A DNA stretch of 44,781 nucleotides from an uncultured Algimonas sp. (GCA_964460585.1 CAYWSI010000001.1:1-44781); one strand, 5' to 3'. Positions 16,202 to 26,997 are shown, counted from the stretch's first letter. Notes: a model not told the origin generated them from the sequence alone. A program made the numbers and translations.

Positions 16202-19200
16202 ATGAGAGGTTTAATTGCATGGTTCGTTAAGAACCCCGTCGCGGCAAATCTGCTTATGGTTGCCATGTTTGTCAGCGGAATTTTTGGTTTCTCAAAATTA
16301 GAGCGAGAATTTATTCCGGGAGTTACGGCTAATGGAATGACTGTAAGCGTCGCATGGAACGGTGCGTCGCCGCGCGATGTGAATGAGCAAATTGTGACGC
16401 GTGTTGAAGAGGCGGTGGATGGGCTCGACGGTATTGATTACATTGAAGCCAATGCCAGCGAGGGCAGTGCGTCAATCAATATTCGTACAAAGCTCGGGAT
16501 AGACTATGATAAGGTGCTGGATGAGGTCAAAAACCGGGTGGATGGTATCCAAAACCTGCCGCCAGATTCCTTTCGGCCTCAAGTTTTCCGGTGGGATGTT
16601 CCTGTCGATATTATGTATCTTGCTCTACATGGGCAAGTTGACCGCTTGACGTTGCAGCGGGCGGGTAATGATCTCCGGCTGAAAATCACACAAGTCCCAG
16701 GATTGCAGCTCACGGAACAGCTTACCAAGGTGCCTGAACAGGTCACGATTGAAATATCGGAAGAGGCCCTGCGTCGGTATAATTTGACATTTAGCCAAGT
16801 CAGCCAAGCGATTTCGGGAAGCTCGGTCAATTTATCCGCAGGCACGGTTGAGACAACAGGCGGGAATCTTCAACTTCGCGCCCGCAATCTCGCAAATACG
16901 CAAGCGGATTTCGAAAATATCATTATTCGTCAAACAACAGACGGCGGCGTTATTAGAATTGGGGACGTTGCAAATGTCATTGATGGTTTTGATGATGATA
17001 AATTTGCGGCCGCTTTTCGCGGACAGCCTGCTGCGATTTTCCAGGTCATCTCGCCTGAGAAGTCGAATATTTCAGAAGCCGGTATAAATATCAGAAAATT
17101 CGAAGAGGAAATTAAGGAGACGCTTCCGCCCGGTTTGTCATTTAGTGTCTGGATCGATCAGTCAGAAACATTTGATAGCCGGATGTCTTTGATATCTGGC
17201 AATGCGATTTCAGGCATGATTTTGGTCCTTATCATTCTCATGCTTTTCCTCAGGCCAAAAGTTGCGTTTTGGGTAACCATGGGGATTGCCGCTGCCTTCG
17301 CAGGGGCACTGGCCGTCGCGCCGGCAATTGGCATTACGCTGAATATGATTTCGCTCTTCGCATTCTTACTCGTGATTGGCATAGTTGTTGATGACGCGAT
17401 TGTTGTTGGTGAGAGTATCCACTTCCACGTCGAGAACGGTATTGACGGCGAACGAGGTGCTGTGGCCGGCGCAAGCATGGTGGTTAAACCCGTTTATTTT
17501 GCTGTGATCACAACAATCATGATGTTTGTCCCTATGATGCTACTGACAGGCCCCATTCGGTCAATGTTTGAGCAAATCAGCTTTGTTGTCATCGCGGTGC
17601 TGATTTTCTCCCTGATTGAAGCGTTCTTCATTTTGCCAGCGCATTTGCGGCATCTAAAACCCGTCGACCCAAATAAGATACGCGGCATAATGAAGTTCCA
17701 GCATAAATTAGCGGAAAGTTTGAACACATTTGCTAGGGTGTTTTTTCGGCCTTTTATCGCGAAGCTTCTCTATTACAGATATATCACCCTGTCCGTATTT
17801 GTTGGTCTTATGGCAATGGCCATCATGTTGTTGTCGTCCGGGATTGCGCCTTCGTCCTTTTTGCCTGAAGTTGAAGGCGACTTTATATCGGTCAATATAC
17901 GCTTTCCCGAAGGGACCACATTTGAACGACGGGAACAAGTCCGGCAGCAGCTTGATGATGGTATTGCAAGGCTAAATCAAGATTCTGAAAAGCTGTTTGG
18001 CACCGAAAGTGGAATGATTAAAAATCCCGGCACCTTTACCAATACCCGTACAGTGCAAGGATTTTTGGGCTTGCTCGAAAGCAAGGATAGAAACAATGTA
18101 TCAACCCGTGAAATCGCTGATAAACTGGAAGAATATGTAGGCCCCGTTAGCGATGCGTTTAATACGACTTATGGGTCCACAGAAGGCGGCTTTGGCGGCT
18201 TCGACGGAATAAGATATGCGGTGGCGTCTGAGAATGAAGATGACCTTCGCGCCGCGGTGCTCGATCTTAAGGAAGAAATTGGGACCTATGAAGGGGTCGT
18301 CGTAACGTTCGACAATTTGGAGAGCTCGGCTTCAGAAATCCAATTTAATATGAAACCGGGCGCTGAGACGCTAGGGATAACGCTCCAGGATGTCTCCCTT
18401 CAGGTTCGTCAGGCCTTCTTTGGGCAAGAGGTACAACGCTTGCCGCGAAATGGTGAAGATGTTCGGGTTATGGTCCGCTATCCTCTGGAAGCGCGAGAGA
18501 GTATTGATAGTTTAAATGACTTACGTATTCGCGGGGCTAATGGACTTGAGGTGCCGCTTTATTCTGTTGCCGAAGTAAGCTTTGCAGAAGGCGTGTCACG
18601 TATCGAACGACGTGATCGGAAACAGGTAGCCTATACAGGAGCACGCGTGCGCGGTGACCAACAGGTTAAAGGCGAAATTAGAAAACAAATAGATGAAGAT
18701 TTTTTCCCTCAATGGAAACTCCGTCATCCTAATGTTGAAAAAATAAACGTAGATGATGATGAAATTCAGCAAACTTTCATGCGAGAAATATCGATTAGTG
18801 GTCTCGCAATTTTGTTTATGATGTACGGCTTGCTCGCGATTGCGTTTAAGTCTTACTCCCAGCCTCTTTTAATCATGATTGCGATTCCTTTCGCCTTTAT
18901 TGGAATGATATTTGGGAATTTAATCACAGATGTCCCCTTTGGAATTATGAGCTTATTTGGTTTCTTTGCGGCGTCAGGTGTTGCGGTAAATGATAACCTC
19001 GTTCTGATTGATTATGTGAATCGCTTGCGGGACAAAGGCGTCGGCGCCTATCAAGCCATGCTCGATGCCTGTGTGGCGCGTTTCCGTCCTATTCTCCTGA
19101 CGTCAGTGACAACATTTATCGGTATTACGCCCATCTTATTTGAGACCTCAACGCAAAGTGAGTTCCTCAAGCCCATGGTTGTGGCTTTGGCATTTGGCGT

Positions 19201-19426
19201 TTTATTCGATTTCTTCCTGACCTTGATGCTCGTTCCAGCCATGTATGGCATTGGCGTTGATATTTCGCGCTTCTTTAAAGGGCTCTGGACAGGTGTGAAA
19301 CAAGCGCCTCTTGGCTCGAAATATGATCCAGATATGATACTTGCCCTTGAAGGTATGGATATTGAAGACACTGTTGAACCGACTATAAATATAACCACAA
19401 ATGCCGTGCCAAATCCGGCAGAATAA
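16202..19426 (+). CDS. RND permease (AcrB/AcrD/AcrF family)
   Basis: NPVAANLLM, GIVVDDAIVVGE, RFRPILLTS; 1074 aa. Confidence 0.95.
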   Translation: MRGLIAWFVKNPVAANLLMVAMFVSGIFGFSKLEREFIPGVTANGMTVSVAWNGASPRDVNEQIVTRVEEAVDGLDGIDYIEANASEGSASINIRTKLGIDYDKVLDEVKNRVDGIQNLPPDSFRPQVFRWDVPVDIMYLALHGQVDRLTLQRAGNDLRLKITQVPGLQLTEQLTKVPEQVTIEISEEALRRYNLTFSQVSQAISGSSVNLSAGTVETTGGNLQLRARNLANTQADFENIIIRQTTDGGVIRIGDVANVIDGFDDDKFAAAFRGQPAAIFQVISPEKSNISEAGINIRKFEEEIKETLPPGLSFSVWIDQSETFDSRMSLISGNAISGMILVLIILMLFLRPKVAFWVTMGIAAAFAGALAVAPAIGITLNMISLFAFLLVIGIVVDDAIVVGESIHFHVENGIDGERGAVAGASMVVKPVYFAVITTIMMFVPMMLLTGPIRSMFEQISFVVIAVLIFSLIEAFFILPAHLRHLKPVDPNKIRGIMKFQHKLAESLNTFARVFFRPFIAKLLYYRYITLSVFVGLMAMAIMLLSSGIAPSSFLPEVEGDFISVNIRFPEGTTFERREQVRQQLDDGIARLNQDSEKLFGTESGMIKNPGTFTNTRTVQGFLGLLESKDRNNVSTREIADKLEEYVGPVSDAFNTTYGSTEGGFGGFDGIRYAVASENEDDLRAAVLDLKEEIGTYEGVVVTFDNLESSASEIQFNMKPGAETLGITLQDVSLQVRQAFFGQEVQRLPRNGEDVRVMVRYPLEARESIDSLNDLRIRGANGLEVPLYSVAEVSFAEGVSRIERRDRKQVAYTGARVRGDQQVKGEIRKQIDEDFFPQWKLRHPNVEKINVDDDEIQQTFMREISISGLAILFMMYGLLAIAFKSYSQPLLIMIAIPFAFIGMIFGNLITDVPFGIMSLFGFFAASGVAVNDNLVLIDYVNRLRDKGVGAYQAMLDACVARFRPILLTSVTTFIGITPILFETSTQSEFLKPMVVALAFGVLFDFFLTLMLVPAMYGIGVDISRFFKGLWTGVKQAPLGSKYDPDMILALEGMDIEDTVEPTINITTNAVPNPAE

Positions 19427-19450
19427 ATTAGAAATTTTGGGAGTAGAAAT

Positions 19451-21529
19451 ATGACTTTGAAAACAATTATGGGGACCAGTTTTGCTGTGCTCGCTTTAAC
19501 ACTCGCTGCCTGTGATAGTGGGACCAAGATAGATACCGATAGCGCGGCGAAAACGACAGCTGTTCAGTCGGGACAGGCCATTTTAGGCAGCTTCGGTATT
19601 GCAACGGAAAATATCGATAAGACAGTAAATCCGGGTGATAATTTTTATGCTTTCGTCAATGGGAATTGGTTGAACACGATAGAAATTCCATCAGATAAAT
19701 CAAATTATGGCGCCTTCACAATCCTAAGAGATAAATCCGAAAAACGGGTCCGCCAAATTATTGAAAGCGCAGCGACAAAGACCAATCCGAGTGCGGACGA
19801 AAAACGCATTGGCGACTTTTACAATGCCTACTTAAATACTGATCGTATTGAGGCCATGGGGTTGAAACCTATCCAAAAAGATTTGGACCGGATTAGAGCC
19901 GCGAAATCACATGCTGATATTTTAAAGTTGATGTCAGATGCGAAACTCGGGCTTGCGTCCCCAGTGGCGCCTTTCGTCTATATCGATTTCAAACAGAATG
20001 ACCAATATATCTCATATATGTCGCAATCTGGCCTCTCACTCCCAAATCGTGATTATTATTTTGACGAAAGCGAAAATGGACAGAAGTTCCTGACTGGCTA
20101 TGAAAAACTTGCTGCGACGATGTTGTCAGAAGCGGGCGTCGAAAACCCGCAAGCCCGCGCGAAAGATATCCTCGCCTTTGAAACGCGCTTGGCCGAAGGT
20201 CATTGGGATCGCGTACAGCAGCGCAATCGCGATCTCCTCTATAATAAAATGAGCCTTACGGAACTCACCGAACTGGCTCCGGGAATAGATTGGGCTATGA
20301 TGCTCAAAGAGAGCGGACTCGGCGGACAAGACACGCTCGTCGTTCGCGAAAAATCAGCGATTGTAAATGCAGCCAAAGTGTTTGCGGATACGCCTGTTGA
20401 CGTGCTGAAGGATTATTTGACGGTCAGCTTATTAAACGGTCACGCAGCCCTATTGCCAGCACGGATTGATGAGGCGCAATTTGAGTTTTATGGAAAAACG
20501 CTTAGAGATCAGGCAGAACAACGTCCGCGTTGGAAACGCGCCGTGTCGTCTGTGAATGGGACATTGGGCGAAGTTGTCGGCAAGGTGTATGTCGCAGAAC
20601 ATTTCCCGCCTGCGTCTAAGGCGCAAATGGATAGGCTGATTGAAAACCTAAGAAGCGCTTTTAAAGACGGCATTGATGGTCTGGATTGGATGGACGATGC
20701 GACCAAAGAGCAAGCGCAATATAAACTCAGGAAGTTTAACCCGAAAATCGGATACCCTGACCGCTGGGAGACCTATGAAGGTCTACAAGTCGCCAAAGAT
20801 GACCTTGTCGGAACGGTTCAATCGGCCCGTGCTTGGGAATGGGAAGATTCCATCGGACAGCTTGGCCAACCCATCGACCGTGACGAATGGGGTATGACGC
20901 CTCAGACGGTCAATGCGTATTATAATGCGGCTCTAAACGAGATTGTTTTCCCAGCCGCAATTTTGGATGCGCCTTTCTTTGATCCGAATGCGGACCCTGC
21001 TGTCAATTACGGCGGTATTGGCGCAGTTATCGGCCATGAGATGGGCCACGGCTTTGATGATCAAGGCCGCAAATCCGATGGCGATGGTGTACAGCGTGAC
21101 TGGTGGACGCCAGAAGATGCGGAAGCCTATGTCGCACGCGCCAAAGCGCTTGCGGATCAGTATAGTGAATTTGAACCTCTGCCTGGGGAAAACCTAGACG
21201 GTAATCTTGGTCTTGGTGAAAACATCGGTGATTTGACGGGCGTCACAATGGCTTACAACGCTTACAAACGCTCGCTAAATGGTAAAGAAGCGCCGGTCAT
21301 TGACGGCTATACGGGTGATCAACGTTTCTTTATGGCGTGGGCACAAGTCTGGGCCGTTAAATGGAAAGACAAGGCTTTATCAGCTCAAATTAAAAATGGC
21401 CCGCATAGTCCGGGTGAGTTCCGGGCCAATGGTATCGTTCGCAATTTCCAGCCTTGGTATGATGCCTTTGATGTGAAGCCAGGCGACGCCATGTATATCC
21501 CGCCAGAAAAGCGGGTCAAAATTTGGTAG
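19451..21529 (+). CDS. M13 (neprilysin/PepO-type) zinc metallopeptidase, lipoprotein
   Basis: Lipobox LAAC; VNAYY, HEMGH, GENIGD, HSP..FR.NG. Confidence 0.95.
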   Translation: MTLKTIMGTSFAVLALTLAACDSGTKIDTDSAAKTTAVQSGQAILGSFGIATENIDKTVNPGDNFYAFVNGNWLNTIEIPSDKSNYGAFTILRDKSEKRVRQIIESAATKTNPSADEKRIGDFYNAYLNTDRIEAMGLKPIQKDLDRIRAAKSHADILKLMSDAKLGLASPVAPFVYIDFKQNDQYISYMSQSGLSLPNRDYYFDESENGQKFLTGYEKLAATMLSEAGVENPQARAKDILAFETRLAEGHWDRVQQRNRDLLYNKMSLTELTELAPGIDWAMMLKESGLGGQDTLVVREKSAIVNAAKVFADTPVDVLKDYLTVSLLNGHAALLPARIDEAQFEFYGKTLRDQAEQRPRWKRAVSSVNGTLGEVVGKVYVAEHFPPASKAQMDRLIENLRSAFKDGIDGLDWMDDATKEQAQYKLRKFNPKIGYPDRWETYEGLQVAKDDLVGTVQSARAWEWEDSIGQLGQPIDRDEWGMTPQTVNAYYNAALNEIVFPAAILDAPFFDPNADPAVNYGGIGAVIGHEMGHGFDDQGRKSDGDGVQRDWWTPEDAEAYVARAKALADQYSEFEPLPGENLDGNLGLGENIGDLTGVTMAYNAYKRSLNGKEAPVIDGYTGDQRFFMAWAQVWAVKWKDKALSAQIKNGPHSPGEFRANGIVRNFQPWYDAFDVKPGDAMYIPPEKRVKIW

Positions 21530-21537
21530 AAAAAATT

Positions 21538-21565
21538 AAAGGCGGCTTTCGGAGCCGCCTTTTTT
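21538..21565. terminator. Bidirectional terminator
   Basis: AAAGGCGGCT-ttcgg-AGCCGCCTTTTTT between convergent genes. Confidence 0.85.
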
Positions 21566-21581
21566 GTCTATAATTTTTATA

Positions 21582-23036
21582 TTATAAAATCTTCTTCATC
21601 AGCCCAAGCATCTTACGGGTTTTATCCGTATAGGGCGGGAACATATTTTTGCCTTGGCTAAATTTGCTTTGGATAAAGACGCCTTTCATATGAGAGAAGC
21701 TCTTAAAACCAGCTTCGCCGTGATAGGCGCCCATGCCTGACGGTCCGACCCCGCCAAAGGGGATGTCTTCTTGCACGACATGCCACGCCGTTTCATTGAT
21801 TGAGACCCCGCCTGAAATAGACTCGCGCAACACTTTATCGCGCTTCTTTTTATCTTCGCCAAACCAATAAAGCGCCAAAGGCCGCTCGCCCTGCTGCACC
21901 TTCTCCAAACTATCATCCAAAGTTTCAGAGGCCACCACAGGGAGGAGGGGGCCGAAAATCTCTTCCTGCATAATCCGCATATCGGGCGTTGTGTCTGTGA
22001 CAACAGTGAGCGGCACGCGGCGCTCTTTCGCGAGCTGCTGCTTATCATCATCGCCAGCGGTGCGGATTTTCGCGCCTTTATTTTCTGCGTCTTCCAACAG
22101 GTCTTGCAGGCGCGCATAATGTCCGTCCGCAATGATGGCTGTATAATCATCATTGCCGGCCACTGTCGGGTAAAATGTCTCTGCCTGCTTGATCATCGCA
22201 TCTGCGAAACTGTTGATTTTGGCCTCAGGCATCAAAACGTAATCGGGCGCGACGCAGGTTTGCCCAGCATTGAGGAGTTTGCCATTGGCAATGCGCGGCA
22301 CAGATAATTTCATATTCGCGCTCTCATCCATGATGACGGGAGATTTTCCGCCAAGCTCTAGCGTGACAGGGACAAGGTTTCGGCCTGCCGCTTCGCCGAC
22401 AATTCGCCCGACACTTGTTGAGCCCGTAAAGACGAGATGATCAAAAGACAGGTCAGAGAAAGCCGAGGCGACATCTACGCCGCCCGTCGCGACGAAAACT
22501 TCTTCATCGGTAAAACCTTTGGCCAAAACTTCTTTTAAAAGTTGGCTCAAGCGCGGCGTATATTCACTCGGTTTAATCATCGCCCGATTGCCCGCACCGA
22601 TAGCGCCGATAAGAGGCATAATTGCGAGCTGAAGCGGGTAATTCCAAGGACTGATAATCCCCACAACGCCGAGCGGTTGCGGAATAATGACATTTTTGGC
22701 CGGTTTAAACTGCATGGCGGTTGGCGCTTTGCGGGTCTTCATCCATTTCGGCGTATGTTTGAGCGCGTGAGAAATGCCGCCTTGAATAATCAGGATTTCA
22801 CTGATGATGGTTTCTTCAACGGCGCGGTGTCCGAAATCCTCGCTGATAGCTTTGGTAAATTCAGCTTCGTGACTAAGGATAAGTTTGCGCAAACTTTCAA
22901 GCTTGGCTTTGCGTGAGGCCCAGTTTGGATTTGGGTTTTTATTAAAGGCTTGGCGCTGCGCGGCTAACACACTTGCGAGCTCAGATGGTTTTGTCGTATT
23001 TATGATGCCGGTTTTATCTGGGTTGATGCGTACCAT
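21582..23036 (-). CDS. Aldehyde dehydrogenase, coniferyl-aldehyde DH (CalB)-like
   Basis: PWNYP, FTGST, LELGGKSP, NAGQTCVAPDY, EEIFGP, PFGGVG.SGMG.YHG. Confidence 0.9.
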   Translation of the reverse strand: MVRINPDKTGIINTTKPSELASVLAAQRQAFNKNPNPNWASRKAKLESLRKLILSHEAEFTKAISEDFGHRAVEETIISEILIIQGGISHALKHTPKWMKTRKAPTAMQFKPAKNVIIPQPLGVVGIISPWNYPLQLAIMPLIGAIGAGNRAMIKPSEYTPRLSQLLKEVLAKGFTDEEVFVATGGVDVASAFSDLSFDHLVFTGSTSVGRIVGEAAGRNLVPVTLELGGKSPVIMDESANMKLSVPRIANGKLLNAGQTCVAPDYVLMPEAKINSFADAMIKQAETFYPTVAGNDDYTAIIADGHYARLQDLLEDAENKGAKIRTAGDDDKQQLAKERRVPLTVVTDTTPDMRIMQEEIFGPLLPVVASETLDDSLEKVQQGERPLALYWFGEDKKKRDKVLRESISGGVSINETAWHVVQEDIPFGGVGPSGMGAYHGEAGFKSFSHMKGVFIQSKFSQGKNMFPPYTDKTRKMLGLMKKIL

Positions 23037-23066
23037 GGGTCGTCCTTTTTTCTGACCTCTTACATG

Positions 23067-23096
23067 AAAAAAGGCGCAGTTCGAAGACCGCGCCTT
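23067..23096 (-). terminator. Terminator after the TonB-dependent receptor
   Basis: Minus strand AAGGCGCGGT-cttcga-ACTGCGCCTT-TTTT. Confidence 0.75.
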
Positions 23097-23122
23097 GAAT
23101 ATTTTCTATGCTAATATGTGGC

Positions 23123-25705
23123 CTAGAAGTTTGTTCGAACGGTTACACCATATTGAGCAGGTGATTCCGCAAATGCGGAACGCGAGGCGCCCTGTAGAGG
23201 GGTGTTAAAGGTGATACCTCGCGTAATTTCATCCGTTATATTTAACGCCCAAAATTCGACGCTCGCGCGGTCATCTGGCATCACAAAGCCAAGGCGTGCG
23301 TTGATTTTTGTGACGCCTTTTTGGATATCAAACGGATTCAAGTCACCCGCGGCTGTCTGTGGGTTTGTCGATGTGCGGCGTTCAGTAGAGGTTGCCATGT
23401 TCGCATTGGCAATAAAACCCCATCCACTGTCACCAATTTCACCATCATATGTTCCTCCTAAAACAAGGGAAACTTCGGGCGCATTTGTTAAATCGAATCC
23501 GCATAAGGGAATCGCTGGCAGAATGGTTCCGCCTCGATCACAATCATCTCCATAACCTGCATCCGCATAGGTGAGACCGCTATTTAATGTGAAGCTATCA
23601 GAGAGTTTTGCGGTAAGTTCAGCTTCAAATCCTTTGGAGGATACGTCATCAACGTTGAAGGTTTGGAAACGTGTTCCTGTAAATTCCAAGACTTGGAAGT
23701 CATCAAATGTTGACCAGAAACCTGTGAGGTTAAATAGGACACGTCCATCGGCGAGCGTGGATTTAAATCCGAGTTCCCAACTATCCGTTTCCTCAGACGC
23801 AAAACTTGGATCAGCTCCGCCTTGCGCTGCGGTTGGGTCAAGGTTGAACCCGCCCGCCTTATAGCCATGACTAAAGCCGCCATAAACCAGAAGATTATCT
23901 GTTAAGTCGTAATCCGCTTTGATGGTGTAAATGAATTCACTGTCTGAGAAGTTTTCATCAAATTCGCGCGGTAATATACCTGTTCCGGCACCAAGTGCGG
24001 CGAGGTTCGCCGCCGGGATAGAGCTTAAAACTGGCGCAGAAAATGGGAAGCAATTGAGGAAAGCCCCAGGGCCCGTGGCGGCAGGACTTGATAATAATCC
24101 AGCTGTTGCGGGGCCTACGATTGGAGCTAACGCATTAAAGGCTGTGTTTGAGAGGCCTAACCCATTTAGGTTTCCGGCTGCGGCATCCCCGCCAACAATC
24201 CCCGCTAGGGTTAAACTTCCGATACAGGCCTCAGGATTTGTGACTGAGGCTTGCTCAAAACTGCCATCCTTATCATCATCATTATATCGCGCACCTAAGG
24301 TGAGATCGAAACGATCTGTGATTGAGATAATGTTATGCGTAAAGACGGAGAGAGACGTCGCCTCTTGAGAGAAAAGATTCTCTGCGACCGCGCCGTCTGA
24401 AGAAACGCCTGTTACGAAAACGGATGGGTCATTTCCATTAATAAAAAATGTCCCAGCTGCGGCGATTCCGCCAAGGGCCGTAGGAGAGCCGAAATTCGCT
24501 TGTCCGACACTGGACTGAAATTCTGATCCAAGTTCAAGCGCAAAGATTTCATCAATCGTTTCATCGGCCCAATAACCGCCAACTAACCAGTCAACGCGGC
24601 CGTCAAACGCCTCGCCTTGAAAGCGGAGTTCTGCGGTGATGGTCTCAATATCATCATCCAATTGGGGGACGGTATATTGATCCGTTCCGTTAAAATCTCC
24701 CTGAACGGAGAAGGCACTAAAGTCGCGATAAGACCCAATCAATGTGGCCTCAAAATTTCCGAAGTCATGAACAAGTTCTCCAGAGACGCCAAAAGAATCT
24801 GATCCGTTTGCAAATTCTTGATCGTCATTTGTAACCCGGTCGTTTAGGCTGTCTTCAAAGCCAACAGCGGGGAAAAAACTAGCGGCTAATGGGCCTAAAT
24901 TTGGACTGGTTGTCAAAGTGACGGCGGCGCAACAGTTTTCATCAATTTCTGAGTAATCCGCAATGACGCGTAGAGAGGTTTCATCCGTTGGTTCCCAGAG
25001 GGCTTGCCCCCGAATGAGGAAGCGATCTCGATTGTGACTTTCGGCATCAGGGTTTGTGCTACTGGTGAAGAATCCATCGCGTTCACGATAGGCGCCGTTT
25101 ACACGAAACGCTAAATCTTCCGAGGCGGTAAAGTTTGCTGCACCCTTCACATTGATCAAATCGAAGTTGCCATATGTGAAATCAGCAAAACCGCTGAATC
25201 CATCAAAGTCAGGCTTTTTTGTTCGAATATTTAAAGCGCCTGCAGAGGTATTTCGCCCAAACAATGTACCTTGAGGTCCGCGAAGAAGTTCTAAGGCTTC
25301 GATGTCGGTGAGTTCTCCAAGGGCGACACCTGGACGCGACTGATAGACGCCATCGATAAAGACACCCACCGCGCTTTCTAGGCCGATATTATTACCTGTC
25401 GTTCCGACGCCGCGAATACGAATTGAGGTACCTTGTGTTTCAGTTTGTGAAGATTGAATGTTGAAGCCCGATGCGACACTGGCAAGGTCTTTGATGCTTG
25501 TCACGCCTTGGTTTTCTAACTGGGTTGGATTGACAACGGTGACAGAGATCGGAACGTCTTGAACGGATGATGCCCGTTTCGTTGCGGTCACAAGGATGAC
25601 GTCTTCGTCAAACTCTTGTCCGTTATCTTGTGCAAAAGCGGTAGGGGCTGACATCAAGGCGGTCGTCGATAATAACGCAAGGGCTGCGCTGGCTAGCTTT
25701 TTCAT
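23123..25705 (-). CDS. TonB-dependent receptor
   Basis: Signal peptide from MKKL (ATG 25705, SD GGGGAG), TonB box DVILVTA, plug ELLRGPQGTLFGRN..G, C-terminal Phe. Confidence 0.95.
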   Translation of the reverse strand: MKKLASAALALLSTTALMSAPTAFAQDNGQEFDEDVILVTATKRASSVQDVPISVTVVNPTQLENQGVTSIKDLASVASGFNIQSSQTETQGTSIRIRGVGTTGNNIGLESAVGVFIDGVYQSRPGVALGELTDIEALELLRGPQGTLFGRNTSAGALNIRTKKPDFDGFSGFADFTYGNFDLINVKGAANFTASEDLAFRVNGAYRERDGFFTSSTNPDAESHNRDRFLIRGQALWEPTDETSLRVIADYSEIDENCCAAVTLTTSPNLGPLAASFFPAVGFEDSLNDRVTNDDQEFANGSDSFGVSGELVHDFGNFEATLIGSYRDFSAFSVQGDFNGTDQYTVPQLDDDIETITAELRFQGEAFDGRVDWLVGGYWADETIDEIFALELGSEFQSSVGQANFGSPTALGGIAAAGTFFINGNDPSVFVTGVSSDGAVAENLFSQEATSLSVFTHNIISITDRFDLTLGARYNDDDKDGSFEQASVTNPEACIGSLTLAGIVGGDAAAGNLNGLGLSNTAFNALAPIVGPATAGLLSSPAATGPGAFLNCFPFSAPVLSSIPAANLAALGAGTGILPREFDENFSDSEFIYTIKADYDLTDNLLVYGGFSHGYKAGGFNLDPTAAQGGADPSFASEETDSWELGFKSTLADGRVLFNLTGFWSTFDDFQVLEFTGTRFQTFNVDDVSSKGFEAELTAKLSDSFTLNSGLTYADAGYGDDCDRGGTILPAIPLCGFDLTNAPEVSLVLGGTYDGEIGDSGWGFIANANMATSTERRTSTNPQTAAGDLNPFDIQKGVTKINARLGFVMPDDRASVEFWALNITDEITRGITFNTPLQGASRSAFAESPAQYGVTVRTNF

Positions 25706-25851
25706 AGAACTCTCCCCGAGTGATGTACGTGTTTCCAATTTTTTTGGATAACTCCGAACCTACAGAGAGATAAAATCTATCGAAGTGCAAGGAATTTTTT
25801 TATTTAATGCGCACGCTGTTGCAAATGAGCAACGGTCTTAAAGCTTTTAAT

Positions 25852-26997
25852 CTAATTCCGGCGCGTGTTGGAGAAGGCTGCAATCATATGCCGTACACGG
25901 CCACTTGCGTCGTCTTCACAGGCTGCAATTTGCGAGTAACGCCGTCTAAGTTTGCCGGGAGCATCTTTGAGGCGGCCCACACCCCAGCGTTCGGCCGCAG
26001 CATATATGCGCGACAGGCGGCCTGCTGCGCCCGAAATTGGGACGAGACCTGAGACGACATCTACAGAGGCTGAAGCATAATGACGCTTATACCCGTCTAA
26101 CCCGTCGCCCATATCTATCCGGCGGTAACCCGTCTCCGCGCTCGCATCGATGAGCCCTTCGAGCAGTTGAATGCCCGGTGCATATTCAGAGAGCTCATCA
26201 TCATAAGCGACCATCCAGCTGTGAAAGATTTGGCCATCAGAGAGACCTAAATCAATGGCGGCTAAGCGGTTCCCAAAATAAAGTGCATGCATATCGCACC
26301 GCAAATCCACCTCTTGGCCGCGTTCCCAGAGTGTCCGAATAAGACTTTGCGTCCAGTCTGCGGAAAGCACATCATATTTTCCGGTTTGGGCAAATTTCTC
26401 GCGTTTCCATTTCAAAAGGGCGGCATAAACGTCAATATTGCGAGAAAATAACTCAATGCGCTTTGGACCAATGGCTTCTTCGGCCTTGCGTGTCCGGCGC
26501 CGGTTGGATTTCAAATGCCGGCGATAAGACCCATCACGACCCGCTCTCCAGTCCTCCGCTGTTGTCTCTATATCAATAGCAGCCGTTTCTGAGCGCGATA
26601 GAATTTGCGGCATACGCAGACGTTTTACATCTGTCGCGCAGCTATAGTGATAAGCGCCAATCCCTGAGCCAGAGAGTAAGCTATCATAGCTCACATCGTC
26701 GCGATTGGTAATAATCGCATGATAATCACTCATAGGCGCGCCGACAGGGCGCGCAAATCGTTTACCCTGTACAGGCAGAAAGGCGATCGGCGTGCCGTCC
26801 GCATCATATTGGCAGACCACTCGCACATCGGGCCGTAGCTCAGCTAAAAGGCGGGTGTAATCAGGATGGAAATAGGGTGAGTGAATATCCGGGTTGTCCG
26901 CGCGCATTTGCGCCCAAGCTGCCCAGTCGAGATCACTTAACTGCTGTGGCTGCTGAACCTGTATGGCCGGTAATTTATGTATATTCGTCTGTGTCAC
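25852..26997 (-). CDS. CelD/BcsL-like GNAT acyltransferase (HfsK-like)
   Basis: SPYFHP, P.GAPMSDYH, YAPG..LL, D.G.G...YK, C-terminal KLRRR helix. Confidence 0.8.
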   Translation of the reverse strand: MTQTNIHKLPAIQVQQPQQLSDLDWAAWAQMRADNPDIHSPYFHPDYTRLLAELRPDVRVVCQYDADGTPIAFLPVQGKRFARPVGAPMSDYHAIITNRDDVSYDSLLSGSGIGAYHYSCATDVKRLRMPQILSRSETAAIDIETTAEDWRAGRDGSYRRHLKSNRRRTRKAEEAIGPKRIELFSRNIDVYAALLKWKREKFAQTGKYDVLSADWTQSLIRTLWERGQEVDLRCDMHALYFGNRLAAIDLGLSDGQIFHSWMVAYDDELSEYAPGIQLLEGLIDASAETGYRRIDMGDGLDGYKRHYASASVDVVSGLVPISGAAGRLSRIYAAAERWGVGRLKDAPGKLRRRYSQIAACEDDASGRVRHMIAAFSNTRRN

